Positions 52,268-64,000 of a stretch of 64,000 bases of DNA are shown in pieces. The position numbers and the translations under genes are program-made. How positions within the stretch are numbered: the first letter of the stretch is position 1; the number at the start of each line of letters is the position of its first letter. The notes beneath the pieces were generated by a model, which did not search any database, had not been told where the DNA came from, and saw only the letters and a program-made list of their open reading frames with translations. This DNA comes from Neoconidiobolus thromboides FSU 785 (Eukaryota; Fungi; Entomophthoromycota): assembly GCA_025603075.1 (NCBI GenBank), contig MU626260.1, forward strand, positions 248,001 through 312,000, given 5' to 3'.

Positions 52268-54454
52268 TTAATCCAAGTTAGCTCGGAACCTTTCTACAAC
52301 TTTTGATTTAATGGCTCCTTTTTTTGAAAAATCGGTTTCAAGCACAGTAATGGCGTCAATAATAGAAATTACATTTTGCTTAGAATTTTCAATAGATTCT
52401 GTTGCGCCTGTTATATCTCCATTTTGAGGAGTAATACTTAAATCCTCATTTTTTAAAAAAGTAGTACTTGTTAATGCAGGCTTTCTTCCACACATCCATA
52501 CTTTCTCAGTCTTATCGAAAGAGTAAGTAGTAACTTTATTGACAATCTTTCTCTCACAACTGTCTTCGTTATTTAATTTAATTCCTTTCAAATTATGATC
52601 TTCACTATTTTCCAAGCTTTCAAAATGTCTCTTTAGCCTTTTTTCATCTCTTATCTCTTCATTTTGTAATATAATTAAATCCTCCTTTGGATTGTTGGTT
52701 ACCTTTATTCTAAACATTGGTCTACCGTCTTTATAAGGAGGTGGAGGTAAGTTTTGAGTTTGACTACGATGTTGAGATACTGAAATCATTTTTCTTACTA
52801 AATCTTCCAACCTTTGCTGTGTAGCTAATGATATTAATTCATAAATTTGAGGATCAATTTTAGTTAGACCATATTGCTTCACTAAAATATAAAATAAATT
52901 TTAAATAAAGGTGAGTATAAAAATAATTACTGATTGGAAGTATTTTTGCTTTTAAAGCATTATTATCTACTAATAATTTCGGAGCTGTATAGCTACTTTT
53001 AGTCCCATAACTCGTTTGTGTTTGATATAAATAGGAACTTGTTAAATGTGAATTTGTTGATTTTAGTATGTTTTCACTTTCTTCACGAAGATCAACACCA
53101 GCAGATCCCATGACGTCAGTCAAAGAATCATAATCAAATCTACGATCGTTGCTAATTTAAAGCGTTAGTGATATTAGTTTTACTTCAAAAACTGGCTTAC
53201 TTTGCACTTTGATTGATAGCAGGTTTTGGGTGAACAGGCTGAATAGTTTGAACAGGTTTATTTGGGTTTGAAGAAGGTGCAATTTTAGGCGGTATATTTG
53301 AGGAATAAACAGCTAAAGGACTTGGTTTTGCTGGTGTATAAGAATGTTTAACGCGACTATTAAAATTAATATTAGTTGGATAAGGGATCTTATTTGGAGC
53401 AATCTGTGTATTTTCGGGTTTGTAAGGTCTAAAATAAACAATAAATACAAAGTTAAAGAATTGGTTTCTTCTTACTTCTTATTAGAATTGTTTACAGCCT
53501 GACTTTTATTATTAGAAGGTTTACTAGTGCTTTGAATCGGATGGTTGTTGGAAGGTTGTGGTTCACTTTGTGCTTGATTTGGCCTTTTTAGTTGTCCAGG
53601 TATGAGTCTTGCAAATAATGGAAATTTGTCTTTTAATACCTCTCGTGCTTTATCAACAAAAGTTTCAAAAACGATTATCTGCTTGCTGAATTTAGCTATT
53701 AAGTCATTAATAGCTATCATCGTCTCAAAAGGCAAAGCCGACATAAAATTTTGAATTTCACTTGGTTTGGCTTAAAATATTTTAGATAAATTTCTTGATT
53801 TAAATAAAGTTTACCTGTAGTACTTGTAGTACTTTGTGGAGCTGGCTTGTTGTTCTTCTTTTCGCTTTGTATGTTATTAGTTTGAGCATTGGGCCTGGGT
53901 TGAGGCTTAAAATCGTTGTTTGGCCTAGAATTGTAATTTACAAAATTATTCGCCCTTGGCAGTATATTTTGAATTGGGGGCGTAAATTGATTCATTTGCT
54001 GATTAGCTAATGGATTTATGCCATATCCTGAGTTCATAATTTGGTTTGCATAATATGGATTTATGTTATTGTAGCTATGTAAATTATTCATGTTTTGCAT
54101 CATCAGGTTTTGGTTCATATTTTGGTTCATACTTTGATAAGGATTAAAAATTATGTGTGATTGTTGCTGTTCTTGATTTGGAGCTTGGGACTTATCGCTC
54201 ACATTATTATGGGTGCTAGGTGGATTGTTATCCAAATTGTTACCTACATTGGACTCTGGATTCGCTGAATTATAAGCATTTTGATTTCCTGCTTTTACTA
54301 CTGGATTATTAGTTTCCCCACTCATAAATAATTCCAACTCTTCAGGTATATTATTTAAGTCAAACATATTTTTGTCGAAGTCATTTTCTATTTGGTCAGC
54401 TGAAGGATTATTGCTTTGCTTTTCTTGTGACCTTTGTTTGTTAGTATTGTCCAT
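52268..54454 (-). CDS. TAF4: TAF4-like TFIID subunit, paralog B (5 exons)
   Basis: DVMGSAGVDLREE, LISLATQQRLEDLVRKMISVSQHR, KVWM, ISIIDAITVLETD. Exons 54454-53815, 53770-53476, 53428-53201, 53151-52931, 52881-52268. Confidence 0.8.
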
Positions 54455-55149
54455 TTTATTGAATTTTATAGAAGACTGAAGAGTAATTTTACTTTTTACT
54501 TATTCTATCTCACTAGCCAATTTAAAATGACAAGCTATTGACCAATAGGAAACGAATGATGAAAATCAAATTACAAGTACATGTATGACAATAATAGCAA
54601 TTTTATTAAAAGTAGAAGTATTCTAGTTTAAGTAGAATAATATCGTGAAAATGTATCAGGCATTATTAGAATGAGTCCAATAGCATAATTTGTGCGTGTT
54701 TTATATTTGATATATATTAGTATTTTGAGGGCTAACCAAGTTAAAACAAATATTAATATACATATGTAGTTTTATACAGTACAGATAGTTTAAGTGACAT
54801 CAGTGATTATATTGGGCCTTATATCGATACAGTAATAATTATATTTAACCTTATAAAAAGGATGGAAGTAGCTAAGTTGGTTAGGACCGAGCCAATATGT
54901 GTAGATAAAATAACGTTTGTAGTTACAGTTGGTCTAATATAGACGATAACTCAAACTATAGTACTAAGTTAAATTAAATTATAGGAAATCAAGCTAAACA
55001 TCTAAAAGCAGCAAACTTTATTAATAAAAGATAATTATCATTAAATAAAACTATAAATGATAAAAAACAGTTAGATTAAGAAAACTAGTTAAAAAGCCTG
55101 CAGGTACTTCATTATCGAAGCCACATCCTAATAGAGTTTATATTAGAAG

Positions 55150-56341
55150 GCAAACTTCTACCATTCGTGGTGCTTATATTTGGAAGGTTGAAAGAATAAT
55201 TCAAATACAAATTGAATCATATAATTTAGCTAATAATCAGGCTTAAAGCACCAACGAAGCCGCTTGTGTCAAAAAAATCTATGAATAATTCTGATAAGTA
55301 GTGTAAAGTAAAGTATATTTTAAATTTACATTAGTATTTGTTTATGTACATTAAGTCGTAAAAGGGAATTAAATACTTAACCGTGTTTGTTATTATGAAC
55401 CATTTAGACATGTTTGTACTACAGGAAATTCACATTCTTTGATTCTTTATTCCTTAATAATTGCTTAAAGGTGTGCCTTCAAAATTGAAAGCTAATCGGA
55501 ATAGGAGCAAAGTAACTTTGAAGTAAGGTTCAAGTGTTGGCTAAACCAAAAAATAGTAGTTACAAAGTATAGAATACTTTATTAACTCATTTTATGGAAT
55601 CTGTTTGAGTCGATTTTCGAAAAAATAATAAAAAGAAAGCAAAATCAAATAAGCTAATAATTATTAAACACTTGTATCAAAACAAAAGCAAATTATGGAA
55701 TCAGAAGTAGTTACGTACTACCAATCAATTATGAAAATCATATTGTATATATTGTGGCAATCAATTGGGGTGCAAGTATATATACCATCAGGAATTTGTG
55801 GGGCTTATAGCAACAATATAGTATTAGTAAATTATTTAGCTTATAGTTGGTATTTAGTATTGTTAAGTTGCGGGGAGAATATTTGCTTTCCAGCACCAAA
55901 GTTATTGACAGATAGGAATGCTTCAGAAGCAAAGATGCTTGCAATCTTCATGTGATTATTTAACTGCTATTGCTTGAACTGAAAATCACTCTTTAAATGA
56001 ACAAAATGATTTAATAAGCTTGATCCTCAGTTCATGGTTTACTATCGCTAATTACACAGTGAAAGTTGTAATCCTTGGTTGGAAATATAGTGTCACTGCC
56101 TTAGTATCATAGTTAAACCGGAAATTTATCTCATCCTGCTTATGAAAAAGAAAAAAGTAAAGAGGCGTGTTGAATATATAAAAAGTAACATCGATCTTAA
56201 CTCTAAGAAAATTAAGTTAAAAGGTGATGGCAACGATGAATGGATCACTTTTAATGAATTGGCTGCTTTTTATAAAAACAAAATGTTTGAATATTTGAAA
56301 GAAGGGTTATGTAATTAACTGACCCTTTTTTAAAAGGAGGA
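55150..56341 (+). mobile_element. Decayed Ty3/gypsy-like integrase relic with a chromodomain-like tail
   Basis: Frameshifted motifs in the expected order: KGIKYLTVFV, GVPSKL, RT.QSIMKI, NW..LW/AYSN..LVF, KLDPQF/HG, VEYIK..KIKLKGDGNDEWI, then a purine tract AAAAGGAGGA. Confidence 0.55.
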
Positions 56342-56675
56342 TCTAGGATAAAAACGATACTACTCAAAATGAAGCTGGATCAACTATAGCAGAAGTTAGT
56401 ACCTGTTGGATCCAATATGGTTTCAATCAATGTTGCATTAACTGTCTTTGAATCAGATTATTTAAAAAACTTACCAAATACAATATAGTGCTAAGAGCTA
56501 AAACCACTTTTAATTAAGGTTTCTAAGCCATGATCTTATCATTTTTTATTGGATGTTTACTAAACGCCATGTTAATTATATTTCATTTAGCCTTGTTAAT
56601 TGATTTGCTTTTATTATGATTTAGTACCAAATATCAAAATATCAAAATTAAAAAATGCTTTTCAAAATTACTATT

Positions 56676-57392
56676 CTAAATATTATCCTATAATTTGTCT
56701 CAAATGTTTATTGATACCACCTTTTCTGGAGTTGACTTACATAAGCGTTAATATATCTGTCTTTTTCAAACTGCAGTTCTTCTAAATATTTTAATTTCTC
56801 AATTTCTAATTCATTCTTGAAGTTATCTTTAATTCGTTGTTCGTGGTCTTCATTGACCTTTTCTTTCCTAGGTAAAAAACTAGTTATCGTTTTGAACATG
56901 GAGTAATTTTCACTTTTATTGTTAGGGGTTATATTCTACATCATTAATTTTAATTTGATAATCTCACATTATAGTACAATTACCTTTAATAACGATATCT
57001 TTAGTTCAAGTTCTTTGAATTTTGAAGTACTTGTTTCAACTATTTATAATGATTATTTTATAATTAAGCAAAACATTCATATTTACTTGTTTCTGATAAT
57101 TCATTTAACTGCTCTTTCCAGTTTTCATTAACGTTGAGATTACTAACTCTATTTATATCTTCAATTTGTAAACTGGGTATTGAGTTTAGAATGTCGGTCA
57201 AATTTTCACTCTAATATATTTAGTCAATTTATGAATAACGAATAATTTTACCTGCAATATATCCGTACTGTTCTCAATGTACATATTTTTTTGTTTATCA
57301 GTATCACCACTTAAGTTTGTTACTATTTCGTTGATATCATCTATTATGTCACGCGTTTCTCTTTCTTTTTTTAAAAATGTAAAGTTATTCAT
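56676..57392 (-). CDS. Uncharacterised coiled-coil protein (5 exons)
   Basis: Four GT-AG introns join phase-consistently: MNNF..DILQ|SENL..LSET|..LLK|NITP..INAY|DNI*. No family recognised. Confidence 0.55.
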
Positions 57393-57661
57393 TTTAAAAA
57401 AGATATTAAAGGTTCATTATCTGTAAGTTCTAAAGTGATATTTTATTTTTAACCAATAGAAATTATACCAAATTGCCAAAATATCTGATATAAAATTGTA
57501 TACATGAGATGGTTTTCTCAAGAATGAATGATGGTTTCTTGAAAAGATCACTAAAAATCACTTTAACAATTATGATTTATCAGCTTCATATATGTTTTAT
57601 TAAAAATATAAAATTAATGTAGCTAGTTTTAAAATGCTATTTTATTATTTTAAATATCGCT

Positions 57662-58456
57662 TCAACTTTGATAGTCAGGAAAGAAACAATGTAACGTTCT
57701 TATCCTTCTAGCAGCATAAGGATGGAAAACTTTAGAATTTTTGATACTGGGAATAATCCTTGCTTCTTCTCTTTTAAGATCCCTTTCTTTTCTTGCAAGT
57801 TCTTCTTTTCTAATATTATTATTTCTAATCCTTTCAAAGTCTTTTTTTGCTGCTTCTTTTGCTGCTTTATCTGGATACTCTTTCTTATCTTCTGGCTCTT
57901 CTACCCTTTTATAGGTGGCGTCTCCATCTTCAACAACAGGTACTTTTAGCTGATAACTATGCTTTAGTAGTAAACCTCTTTTCATTTTATAAGTTAATGT
58001 CAGTAGTCTTTCTACGTTTCTATTCTGAAATAAAAAATGAGATGAAAAACCAGATTTTAATCATAGCTTACCAAGCTCACAGCTCGACTATTTATTTGAA
58101 ATTTTTCTTTTTGAATTATATACCGGTTTTTGTTTTCGATCTAAAATGTTAATTAAATATCTAATCAAAACAATAATTCAAACCTCTGAGCAATTGATGA
58201 CATCTTCAATACAATTGGTGATACCTCTAAGGATTTCGTTTAGCTCCCAATTTAGTTCCTTCTTAATAGTAACTTTAAAGATGTCGGAAATATCCTTTTC
58301 TTTTTGAGTCAATATTTTTTTCCCACCACCATATTTTTTTGGGTTTATAACATAGTCTGTGGATATTCTTGAAAATTTTAGAGTCTCTAACACCTCTTGT
58401 AAGTGCTTCAAACTCTTTATTGGCTCTGGTTCAGCTTCATGTTTATTTGGGTCCAT
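57662..58456 (-). CDS. Uncharacterised protein (3 exons)
   Basis: MDPNKHE..INCSE|IENKNRY..AVSL|NRNVERLL..FFPDYQS*, joined by two phase-0 introns. Confidence 0.65.
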
Positions 58457-58629
58457 CTAAATTTGATAAAATGATTTTAATTAAAATTCAAGCTTTATTT
58501 TATGCAATTAATTTTGCAATGTTTAATTTGTTCGGTATCAGTAACCAGTCTATAACTTATCATGGCATTAAATTGTGAAATCTATATAATTTAGAAATAA
58601 AAATAAACATTTAGCTTTTATATTTAATA

Positions 58630-59583
58630 ATGGAGATCAATGATTTAGTACAGGAATATGACATTTTAAGTGAATTATTTTTATTAAAGGAATATGATTT
58701 GGTATGGCAAGGAAGTATATCGATGATAATGAAAATACTAGCTCTAAAATCTCCAATTGATGAACAGCAATGGCTACTACAAGAGTTCTATTCTCAACCT
58801 ATTCAGCAAGAGGTTAAAAACCATTTCCTACTATTCGGAAATTTATGGTCCTTATTGTTAAATATTATTACTAAGGTAGACTCTGAAGCTAAAGAGAAGG
58901 AATACGACTTAAAGATGGACTTATCAGACGACGCTATGTTCAAATTGAAGATATTAATATTAAACATGGACAAGACTATTTTGGATTTTATTAAACTATT
59001 TAATCTTACTTTTTATCCATCCCCATATTCTAAGCCTATGGATATCATGTTAGGAGTATCACTCGTTGCTATTCATAAGCACCAATATAAAGTGTTGTAT
59101 GACTTTATAATGGAATATAAACAAAACATACCCAAAGACTTGTTAATGGATGAAGAATATATAAAAAATTACACTTCAATTATGGATTTATTTTATTGTC
59201 ATTGTTTAATAGGATTAGGAAAACAAAAGCAGATCCCAGAGTTATTAGGTAAAGATGATATATTGACAATTAGCACAAAACAAGACATAATGCAGTGCAT
59301 TGAAGCAGCAAATCATCATTACGAAAATCAGAGTGTAGCTAGTTCAACTACCTTCGTTAATGAAGAAATAAAGCCCATTCCATCAGAAAAAGGCGAAGTC
59401 AAAGTAGTAAGAAATTGGCTGCATTATATTAAAAATATAAATAAAGCACATTATTCCTTGATAGCCTTTGTGATGTTTATAATTTTAGCGAAGAAATATG
59501 CATGGAACAATCCAGCGTTTAAAAGGGTCAAGGTTTGGATCATTAACCTCTTCCTATCCATTAAACCAGCGTTTTCAAATTAA
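58630..59583 (+). CDS. Probable tail-anchored membrane protein, possibly Pex26/Pex15-like
   Basis: 317-aa ORF, mostly helical-looking, with one C-terminal hydrophobic segment (YSLIAFVMFIILA) followed by a basic tail. The family call is inference. Confidence 0.5.
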   Translation: MEINDLVQEYDILSELFLLKEYDLVWQGSISMIMKILALKSPIDEQQWLLQEFYSQPIQQEVKNHFLLFGNLWSLLLNIITKVDSEAKEKEYDLKMDLSDDAMFKLKILILNMDKTILDFIKLFNLTFYPSPYSKPMDIMLGVSLVAIHKHQYKVLYDFIMEYKQNIPKDLLMDEEYIKNYTSIMDLFYCHCLIGLGKQKQIPELLGKDDILTISTKQDIMQCIEAANHHYENQSVASSTTFVNEEIKPIPSEKGEVKVVRNWLHYIKNINKAHYSLIAFVMFIILAKKYAWNNPAFKRVKVWIINLFLSIKPAFSN

Positions 59584-59770
59584 ATAAAAAAGTATGTCAT
59601 ATTTAGATTGTTATAAATCGACTTAAAAAAGTAATATATAAAACTAGTTTATTAGTTTGTAGTAGAATTCTTTATTATTTCTTCCATATTTAATTGTTCA
59701 TTCAAATAATTCAACGTTTTTAATCTATTTTTAAAAATTAAAAGGTTTATAGTGTATTAATGTAATTAAT

Positions 59771-60038
59771 TTACGATTTTAAGATATCATCATTACTAAA
59801 ATAAATTAATAATATAAAACCAATGAAATATGTATTTACTTTGTATGAACATCGGCATTGGTAGCTTTAATTCTTAACAATAAAGTTTTTGTTCTATTTA
59901 AATTACTTTCCAACTGAGCATGGTTTTTACACACTTTTAGAATTTCTTCTGATATATCCATATTATCTTTGATGAACTAAATTATTAGTAGCTATTTTCA
60001 TTTCTTATTACTCCTTTTACCTCTTTTTCTCTCTCCAT
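59771..60038 (-). CDS. 59-aa microprotein gene (3 exons), possibly BORCS7-like
   Basis: Exons 60038-60021, 59976-59840, 59795-59771, separated by two 44-nt GT-AG introns, phase-consistent from ATG to TAA. Confidence 0.6.
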
Positions 60039-62101
60039 TTGATTAAACTTTAAAAATTTATGATTGTAGTTTTTATGATTTTTATATAGCACGTGTTATC
60101 AAGTTTTATAATTCCTCTTTTGGGCAAATCCATAACAACAAGGGTGTAAAATAATACCAATAACCACTCCATTTTCTGCCTTTAATAAAACAAACTTTAT
60201 CATGCAAACAATAACTTAATTTTCTACTAAAGATGAAAGGAGCTTTGTAATTGTCTAATAGGTTCATTTAAATTTGACAACCCATCTGAAAAAATCAAAA
60301 TCAGTGTGTGCTGAAGTGTGGCTGATAAATCCTCAACTGCTGGCTAGCTTTTACTCGAGTATGAAAGGGGGCGCTACTGACTTTAATGTCGGTAATAACG
60401 AAGGTAGGATTAATGCACATAAATAGCAGTAAAAAGGTTAATGAAAAGATTATCAGGAAGCTTGGAGAACTTCACAAATAATTTCAAAGTAATAAAAGTT
60501 TGATTGTTTAATGACATGTACGTCAATACAAATTTACTAAAAGTTATTTTTATCTTTTGAGTAAACTTTGATAACATAGAAAACAAAAAGGAAAGAGTGA
60601 TATTAGTTATTTTTTGAATGTCAGTGTAGCGGAAGTGCGCCTATTTGTCACCTGTGTGCTTAGGCGACGTGCAAAATTTTCAAAGTTAAATTCAGAGAAT
60701 TATTATGCTTTGTTGGTAGAAAAAGATGAATTTATTTTCAAATATTTTATTTATACAACAGTATCATATTTGGATTAATGGTATGATCGGGTAAGCCATA
60801 AATGAACTAATTAGAATAAACTGATTAACAAACATTTATTTATTAATTTATAGGGTGATATTAAACCAACACAACTTACAAAGAGACTAAGTGAAAATTT
60901 AGGTACTAAATATTCTTGCCATAAGTAAAATATGATGCTTATCAACCTTTTGCTTCAGATAAGGTAGCTATTATTATTACCGTTCTCCTAATCATTTAAG
61001 TTTAATCGTTTCATCTGATAAGTTACCCAGAGCGCCTCCTTGATGCCCAAACCCACAAAAAAGTAGTAAAATAAATCCCACTTATGAGGCAAACCAGATA
61101 AATAAATATTGCAATTGTATTCGTTATTAACTACGACTCAACTTCTTTATCGATAGCTCAGCCTTGCTTCAATTAATAGCAATAGTTATTTGCAAACCCA
61201 GTATTTAGATTGTGCTAACAACCAAGAAAAAGGATTGCAAAAAAAGCTCAAAATTTAATCAACCTTATTTTTCCTAAGAGTGGTGGGCCAAAGTAAAACG
61301 AATTCGATGAATAAGAGTAAGGGCTTCATTAAAGATTGTAAGCAGTTAAAGTTAGATGATAAAAAACGGATAGGAGTAATAAAAAAAATCAATAGTCCAA
61401 AAAAAGGTTGAGGAACACAAAGAGAAAAAGAAGAGTTTGTAAAGGAAAGATCTTATATTCAGGCAAAAGATGAAGGTAGATGAATGCTAACAAAGACAAA
61501 AAATAACAAAAGGAAAAGTTCCATAGAAAGAGTTAAAGTTGAAAAGTTATAAAGTGTTAAGGAAGAAAAAAAGTTGAAAAATACCAAAAATATTGAAAAA
61601 AGCAAACACAGTACCATTGATTATTTTAAAAATAAATAATAGCTTGATTATAATCATTTTTAATTTTGATTTTACCTACTAATGTATTTGAAATAAGAAA
61701 CAGCATGTTTTTTTTGTTAAATTATATCTATTTTTTTAAATAATTCATTTTTAGGAAAACAAAGCTATTATCCATATTAATGATATTTTATCAAAGCAAT
61801 AATTATTTTTTATAATTGATATTTGTATAACTATAAAGTGGAATATAAAAGTGAGATAAATGTTTAAAAAGGTAAAACAGTTATTTGAGTTTACATAATT
61901 GGTAGGGTTTAATAATAAAATAAAATTCAACTAATAAGGTTTTTTTGCTGATTGTACAAAAATAATAAGGAAGCTTGATAGTATAAAAGCTCAAATGAGA
62001 ACTAAAAGCCAGCAAGTCGAAAAGCTATATCAATAAACAAAAAAGTTAAAAAAAAACGGATATATTTATTTTTTTATGAAATAAGGTAAAATTAATGATA
62101 T

Positions 62102-62200
62102 GGGGATGTTTTTCTTGATTTCATTACTTTTTCCATTTTTTAAGCGCTGCTTGAGCGGAAAGATTGTTACTAAAATTCTTAAGCAAAAAAATACATCCCC
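62102..62200 (-). mobile_element. MITE copy (orientation B), near consensus
   Basis: ATAT|GGGGATG...ACATCCCC|ATAT. Confidence 0.93.
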
Positions 62201-62359
62201 ATATATACTAAGTAATTTAAAAATATGGTAAAAAAAGATTTACATGATATATATACCTAGTACACAGTTAGAAAAAAGTTGTTTAAAAATAAAACAAATA
62301 CACTAATAGAAACTAAAACAAAGATAGAAAATCCTTTAATAAAAAAAGTAATATAAGTG

Positions 62360-62700
62360 TGAAGTCTGGTTACTCAATGGTTGAAGTTAAAAGGTCTTAG
62401 TTTATGTAACTAAGATAGACTTGAATTGTGAAGAATAGCACATAATAGGCTATGAACTATGTAATACAAACATAATAGACAATACTACTGTAAAATCTAC
62501 GTAAAATCTACATAAAACACTTATCAGGAAAATTTAGTGGCTTTATTGAAGGTACGATATGGGGATGTGTTTTTCTGTTTAAGAATTTTACTAAAAAAAT
62601 TTCCGCTCAAATAGGGCTTAAAAAATGGAAAAAGTAGTGAAACCAAAAAAAACATCCCCATATTATGGAATAATTCAATTAAAAAAGCCCCAAGTTATTA
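62360..62700 (+). repeat. Dispersed repeat R2, copy 2, interrupted by a MITE
   Basis: Homologous to 18046-18311, with the 62561-62659 MITE inserted. Confidence 0.85.
62561..62659 (+). mobile_element. MITE copy (orientation A), near consensus
   Basis: ATAT|GGGGATG...ACATCCCC|ATAT, inside R2. Confidence 0.93.
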
Positions 62701-62701
62701 T

Positions 62702-62786
62702 GTTGATAAGTTTTTTAATTTATTACTTTTTTCACTTTTTAAGTGTAATTTTAAAAAATCAGTAAAACTTTTAAAAGATATACCCT
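62702..62786 (-). mobile_element. Highly degenerate MITE copy (orientation B)
   Basis: TTATTACTTTTTTCACTTTTTAAGTG..AGTAAAACTTTTAA..ATATACCCT. Confidence 0.55.
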
Positions 62787-63301
62787 ATTTAAAAAAATTC
62801 ATAACTTTTTTAAATTTAACCAAATAAAAATTAAAAAACATTATAATTTTAATTACAACTAATAAATTCTTTTGTATAATATTAATTTTTTTACGTTTTT
62901 TAAATAGGTTAATAGATTCATAAAATGTAATGATTTTATTTTTACTTATCCAGCTATTAAGTTTAATTTTATAATAGATTTCAAAAATTTAAATATTTTT
63001 CAGCAAATTTGGAACTTTTTTATAAATTATATCTTTAGGTAATGAAATTACAAGATGAATTATACTTCTTTATGGAAGAAATTTCAAGTTGACTGAAGTA
63101 TTTACAAGCTAAAAACTGTTTAATATTAGACTGAAAAATGATTTGAATTCAGACCTTAAGGGATTCAAATTTGTTAGCTTTTTATTTGCTTAATTTTTAT
63201 CCCATAAAGAATTGAATTTTTTTTTACAAAACACTAAATTAAAAAAATTAAAAAACAACTTCCTTCTTTAAGCTTCAAGTTAACAAAGACCCTATAACAA
63301 A

Positions 63302-64000
63302 ATGAGCGAAGTACAAGATAAATCTACTGTTGAACTCAAAGTTCAGGAATTGAGAGAACAAGAAACGCCCATTATTGAAAGCAAAGCCAAAGAGTTAAGC
63401 GAGCAAGAGTTAGCTAATTTGAAAGTTGATGTAGTTAAACAATTCGAGTTCTACTTTTCAAAGTATAACTTACCCAGAGACAAATACTTAAAGAACGCTA
63501 TTACTAATGACCCAGATTTTAAAGTTGATGTTGACAAAATCTTAAGCTTTAAAAAAGTAAAGAAATACCAGCCATATAAGGACTTAGTATTGGAAGCATT
63601 GAAGGAATCTAAGACACTAGAAGTAAAAGACGAGAAAATAGGCCCTGTCACAAAGTTTGATTTGGAGGTTGATTTAGATGAAATTATTGATCGTAGTATT
63701 TATTTAAGAGGTTTTGATAAATCAGAGTATTCTCAATTAGCAGAAGAGCTTCATGAATTCATGGCTGAAAAGATTAAAGAAGTTGGTTCAGATAATGAAG
63801 ATGCTCTCCCAGAGGAGCAAATTGCAAGAGTTGATTTGCGTACGTATTTTAATAAAAAAACTAATACCAGAGGGTTTAAGGTAGTTTGCTTTTTATTCAT
63901 TTTTTCGGTTTATTAACTTTAGGTTTAGGGTTCTGTCTATATTGAATTTATTGGAAAAAAGTATGCTGATAAGTTTTATGAATATTATAAACAAAGGGAT
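63302..64000 (+). CDS. LHP1: La autoantigen homolog (La motif plus RRM), runs off the window
   Basis: VVKQFEFYFSKYNLPRDKYL (La motif), RSIYLRGF, and GFK|GSVYIEF (RNP1 across an intron). Confidence 0.88.

Overview
Very AT-rich eukaryotic DNA with many short (mostly ~45-60 nt) GT-AG introns. The gene content is fungal and the overall style suggests an early-diverging fungus (inference only). Conserved genes in order: a divergent alpha-tubulin 3' end, MSH6, PRP4 kinase, TFIIA large subunit, DEF1-like, a DHA1 MFS transporter, PCID2/CSN12-like, DHH1, a HAD hydrolase, an ATS1-like RCC1 protein, RPA1, FHIP, RPS23, a kelch membrane protein, PEF1, a C2H2 factor, an ankyrin protein, a subtilisin, two tail-to-tail TAF4 paralogs and La. 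There are also several orphan spliced genes, four intact tRNAs and one tRNA pseudogene. The clearest non-genic signal is a ~99-bp MITE family: about 16 copies, all intergenic, with GRG-type termini, 4-bp AT-rich target duplications (ATAT/AAAT/TAAT), an empty-versus-filled site pair inside the window and CpG decay. Also notable: a decayed Ty3/gypsy integrase with a chromodomain-like tail, a candidate Sm-site structured RNA, and a 59-aa three-exon microgene missed by the ORF track. All splice models and alignments were read by eye, so coordinates may be off by a few bases.
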